Assembly: GCA_905250025.1 (NCBI GenBank)
Contig: CAJNOJ010000319.1
Location: 48,964 to 82,657, forward strand
Reading direction: 5' to 3'
Source: Adineta ricciae
Lineage: Eukaryota
Length of the DNA: 33,694 nucleotides
The position numbers and the translations under genes were made by a program. Within the stretch, counting starts at the first letter, position 1. Every line of letters starts with the position of its first letter. The notes beneath the pieces were generated by a model. The model worked only from the letters and a program-made list of their open reading frames with translations, was not told the DNA's origin and ran no database searches. Positions 32,487-33,694 of the stretch are shown piece after piece.

Positions 32487-32989
32487 GATGAAATATTAAT
32501 GACTGCTCGAGACAAATATGTAATCTTTTGACGAAATATCGTTAAAAATCTTCGATTTTCGCAAAAAAAGCCGAGACTGAAAGGTTTAAGTACAATCATT
32601 TTTACCTATCTCATTAGCCCGTGACGAGAGGGGATTCTTTCTTATTTTCTCTCCTTTCATTACTTGTTCACGTTTTCATTTGCAAAAAACGTTTAGTTGA
32701 CAAGGAAAACATCAAATGCAAACAAAATAAAAATAATAAGTATCTCGTTATACGCTCCTTAGGAAAATTTTTCATTATGACCCATATTTGCGATACCGTC
32801 AAATTCAGAATACGATTGAAAAGATTTTATAAATTGACTATGATTTGTAAATTTAATTGAGTAACAAAATGAAACAGAACAGAAAATGTTCAATGAAATA
32901 AAATCAACAAAAAGAATTCTTTTCAATATTGATTTTTTGAAATGGATGCCAATTGCTTCTTTCATATCATTCATTTAATCAATATCAAA

Positions 32990-33694
32990 TGAATACTCTT
33001 ATTCAAATTTTGTTTCTTTTCAACCTTTCAAATCGATTAAATGGAAAATCTTTACAAAGATTTCCTCGAGGTTTGTTTTTTTCTTTTCAAAAAATTCTTT
33101 TTTTCACTATTTTTGTTCGTTGAAAAGGAGCCTATGCATATTCATCAAATATCTATGTTCGTTGTTTTTCATCTGATTCATTGGTAAAACTTTTCAATGG
33201 CACAACCAAATCCATATCAAATCTTAACATAGGTGATCAGTTAATGACAATCGATGACAATTCATTAAAAATTCTCTCCACTGAGATGCTTTTTATGTTA
33301 CATGAATCAAAAAATGAAACAAGTAATTCGTATAGTGAAAGAATTCGAAATGAACTTTTTTGTTGTCTTCAAGGTTTTTTTTATAAATTAAAAACAAAAT
33401 CAAATCATGAGATCAGTTTAACAGGAAATCATTTAATTCCAATAAAAGAATCTTTAAGTGGAAATTTTCTTTATATTTTGACAAAAACTATTAAAATTGG
33501 TGATTATTTAATTATTTATGAAAATGGTAAAATTGAATATTCTCAAGTGATAAAGAAAACAAAAGAAATAAAGAAAGGTTTTTATGCTCCATTGACAATG
33601 ACTGGAACATTATTTATCAATGAAATTTACTCAAGTTCATTTGCAAATATTCCAAATCATTATTTAGCTCAATTTTATTTATTTCCAATTCGAT
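32990..33694 (+). CDS. Hedgehog-type Hint (Hog) autoprocessing-domain protein, partial (continues beyond window); exon 1 32990..33071, exon 2 33128..>33694
   Basis: Exon 1 encodes MNTLIQILFLFNLSNRLNGKSLQRFPR (signal-peptide-like), donor CGAG|GTTTGT. Exon 2 encodes GAYAYSSNIYVRCFSSDSLVKLFNGTTKSISNLNIGDQLMTIDDNS...FMLHESK...EISLTGNHLIP...GFYAPLTMTGTLFINEIYSS. The Hint hallmarks are present: the catalytic C-F at the N-terminal boundary, the TxxH motif (SLTGNHLI) and the YAPLT.HGT block. Confidence 0.7.

Noticed and set aside
1-33694. Reading the window as a prokaryotic accessory island or operon with a defence system
   Set aside because: The window has multiple GT..AG introns of 50-70 bp that preserve reading frames across exons. 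Canonical metazoan genes with introns are present (Tctex, vPARP, calmodulin-like, PHM, Hint). The tRNA lacks an encoded CCA and is followed by a Pol III oligo-T terminator. All of this indicates a eukaryotic nuclear genome, and no restriction-modification, toxin-antitoxin or CRISPR architecture is present.

Overview
This is a eukaryotic (animal) genomic window, not prokaryotic. It is AT-rich (about 30% GC). Several genes are split by very short GT..AG introns of about 50-70 bp with consistent phases. A tRNA gene is followed by a Pol III oligo-T terminator. Intron-rich, typical metazoan genes are present: a Tctex-type dynein light chain, a vault-PARP/PARP4-like gene, calmodulin-derived EF-hand exons, an Hsp70 substrate-binding-domain module, a Kelch beta-propeller protein, a PHM-type copper monooxygenase and a Hedgehog-type Hint-domain protein. 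Interleaved with these are intronless or intron-poor genes of families that are normally bacterial, fungal or plant: a type III polyketide synthase, a class-A FAD monooxygenase, a DUR3 urea transporter, a fungal-type amino-acid permease, a GTPase fused to a DUF697-like domain and a LOR/DUF567 protein. This mix, with the short introns and AT-richness, fits a bdelloid-rotifer-like genome with horizontally acquired genes; that is inference from sequence features only. The most notable unit is a convergent type III PKS / tRNA-Thr / FAD-monooxygenase mini-cluster at 9.4-12.1 kb, a candidate foreign-derived secondary-metabolite module in an animal genome. Other notable items are a vPARP-like gene whose C-terminal tail is separated from its body by calmodulin-like and Hsp70-SBD-like exons in one consistent splice-phase chain, a 126-bp perfect inverted repeat, a novel DG-x-DMR repeat protein, and a truncated piggyBac transposase relic. 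All exon coordinates were derived by eye from GT/AG sites and reading-frame continuity and are approximate.
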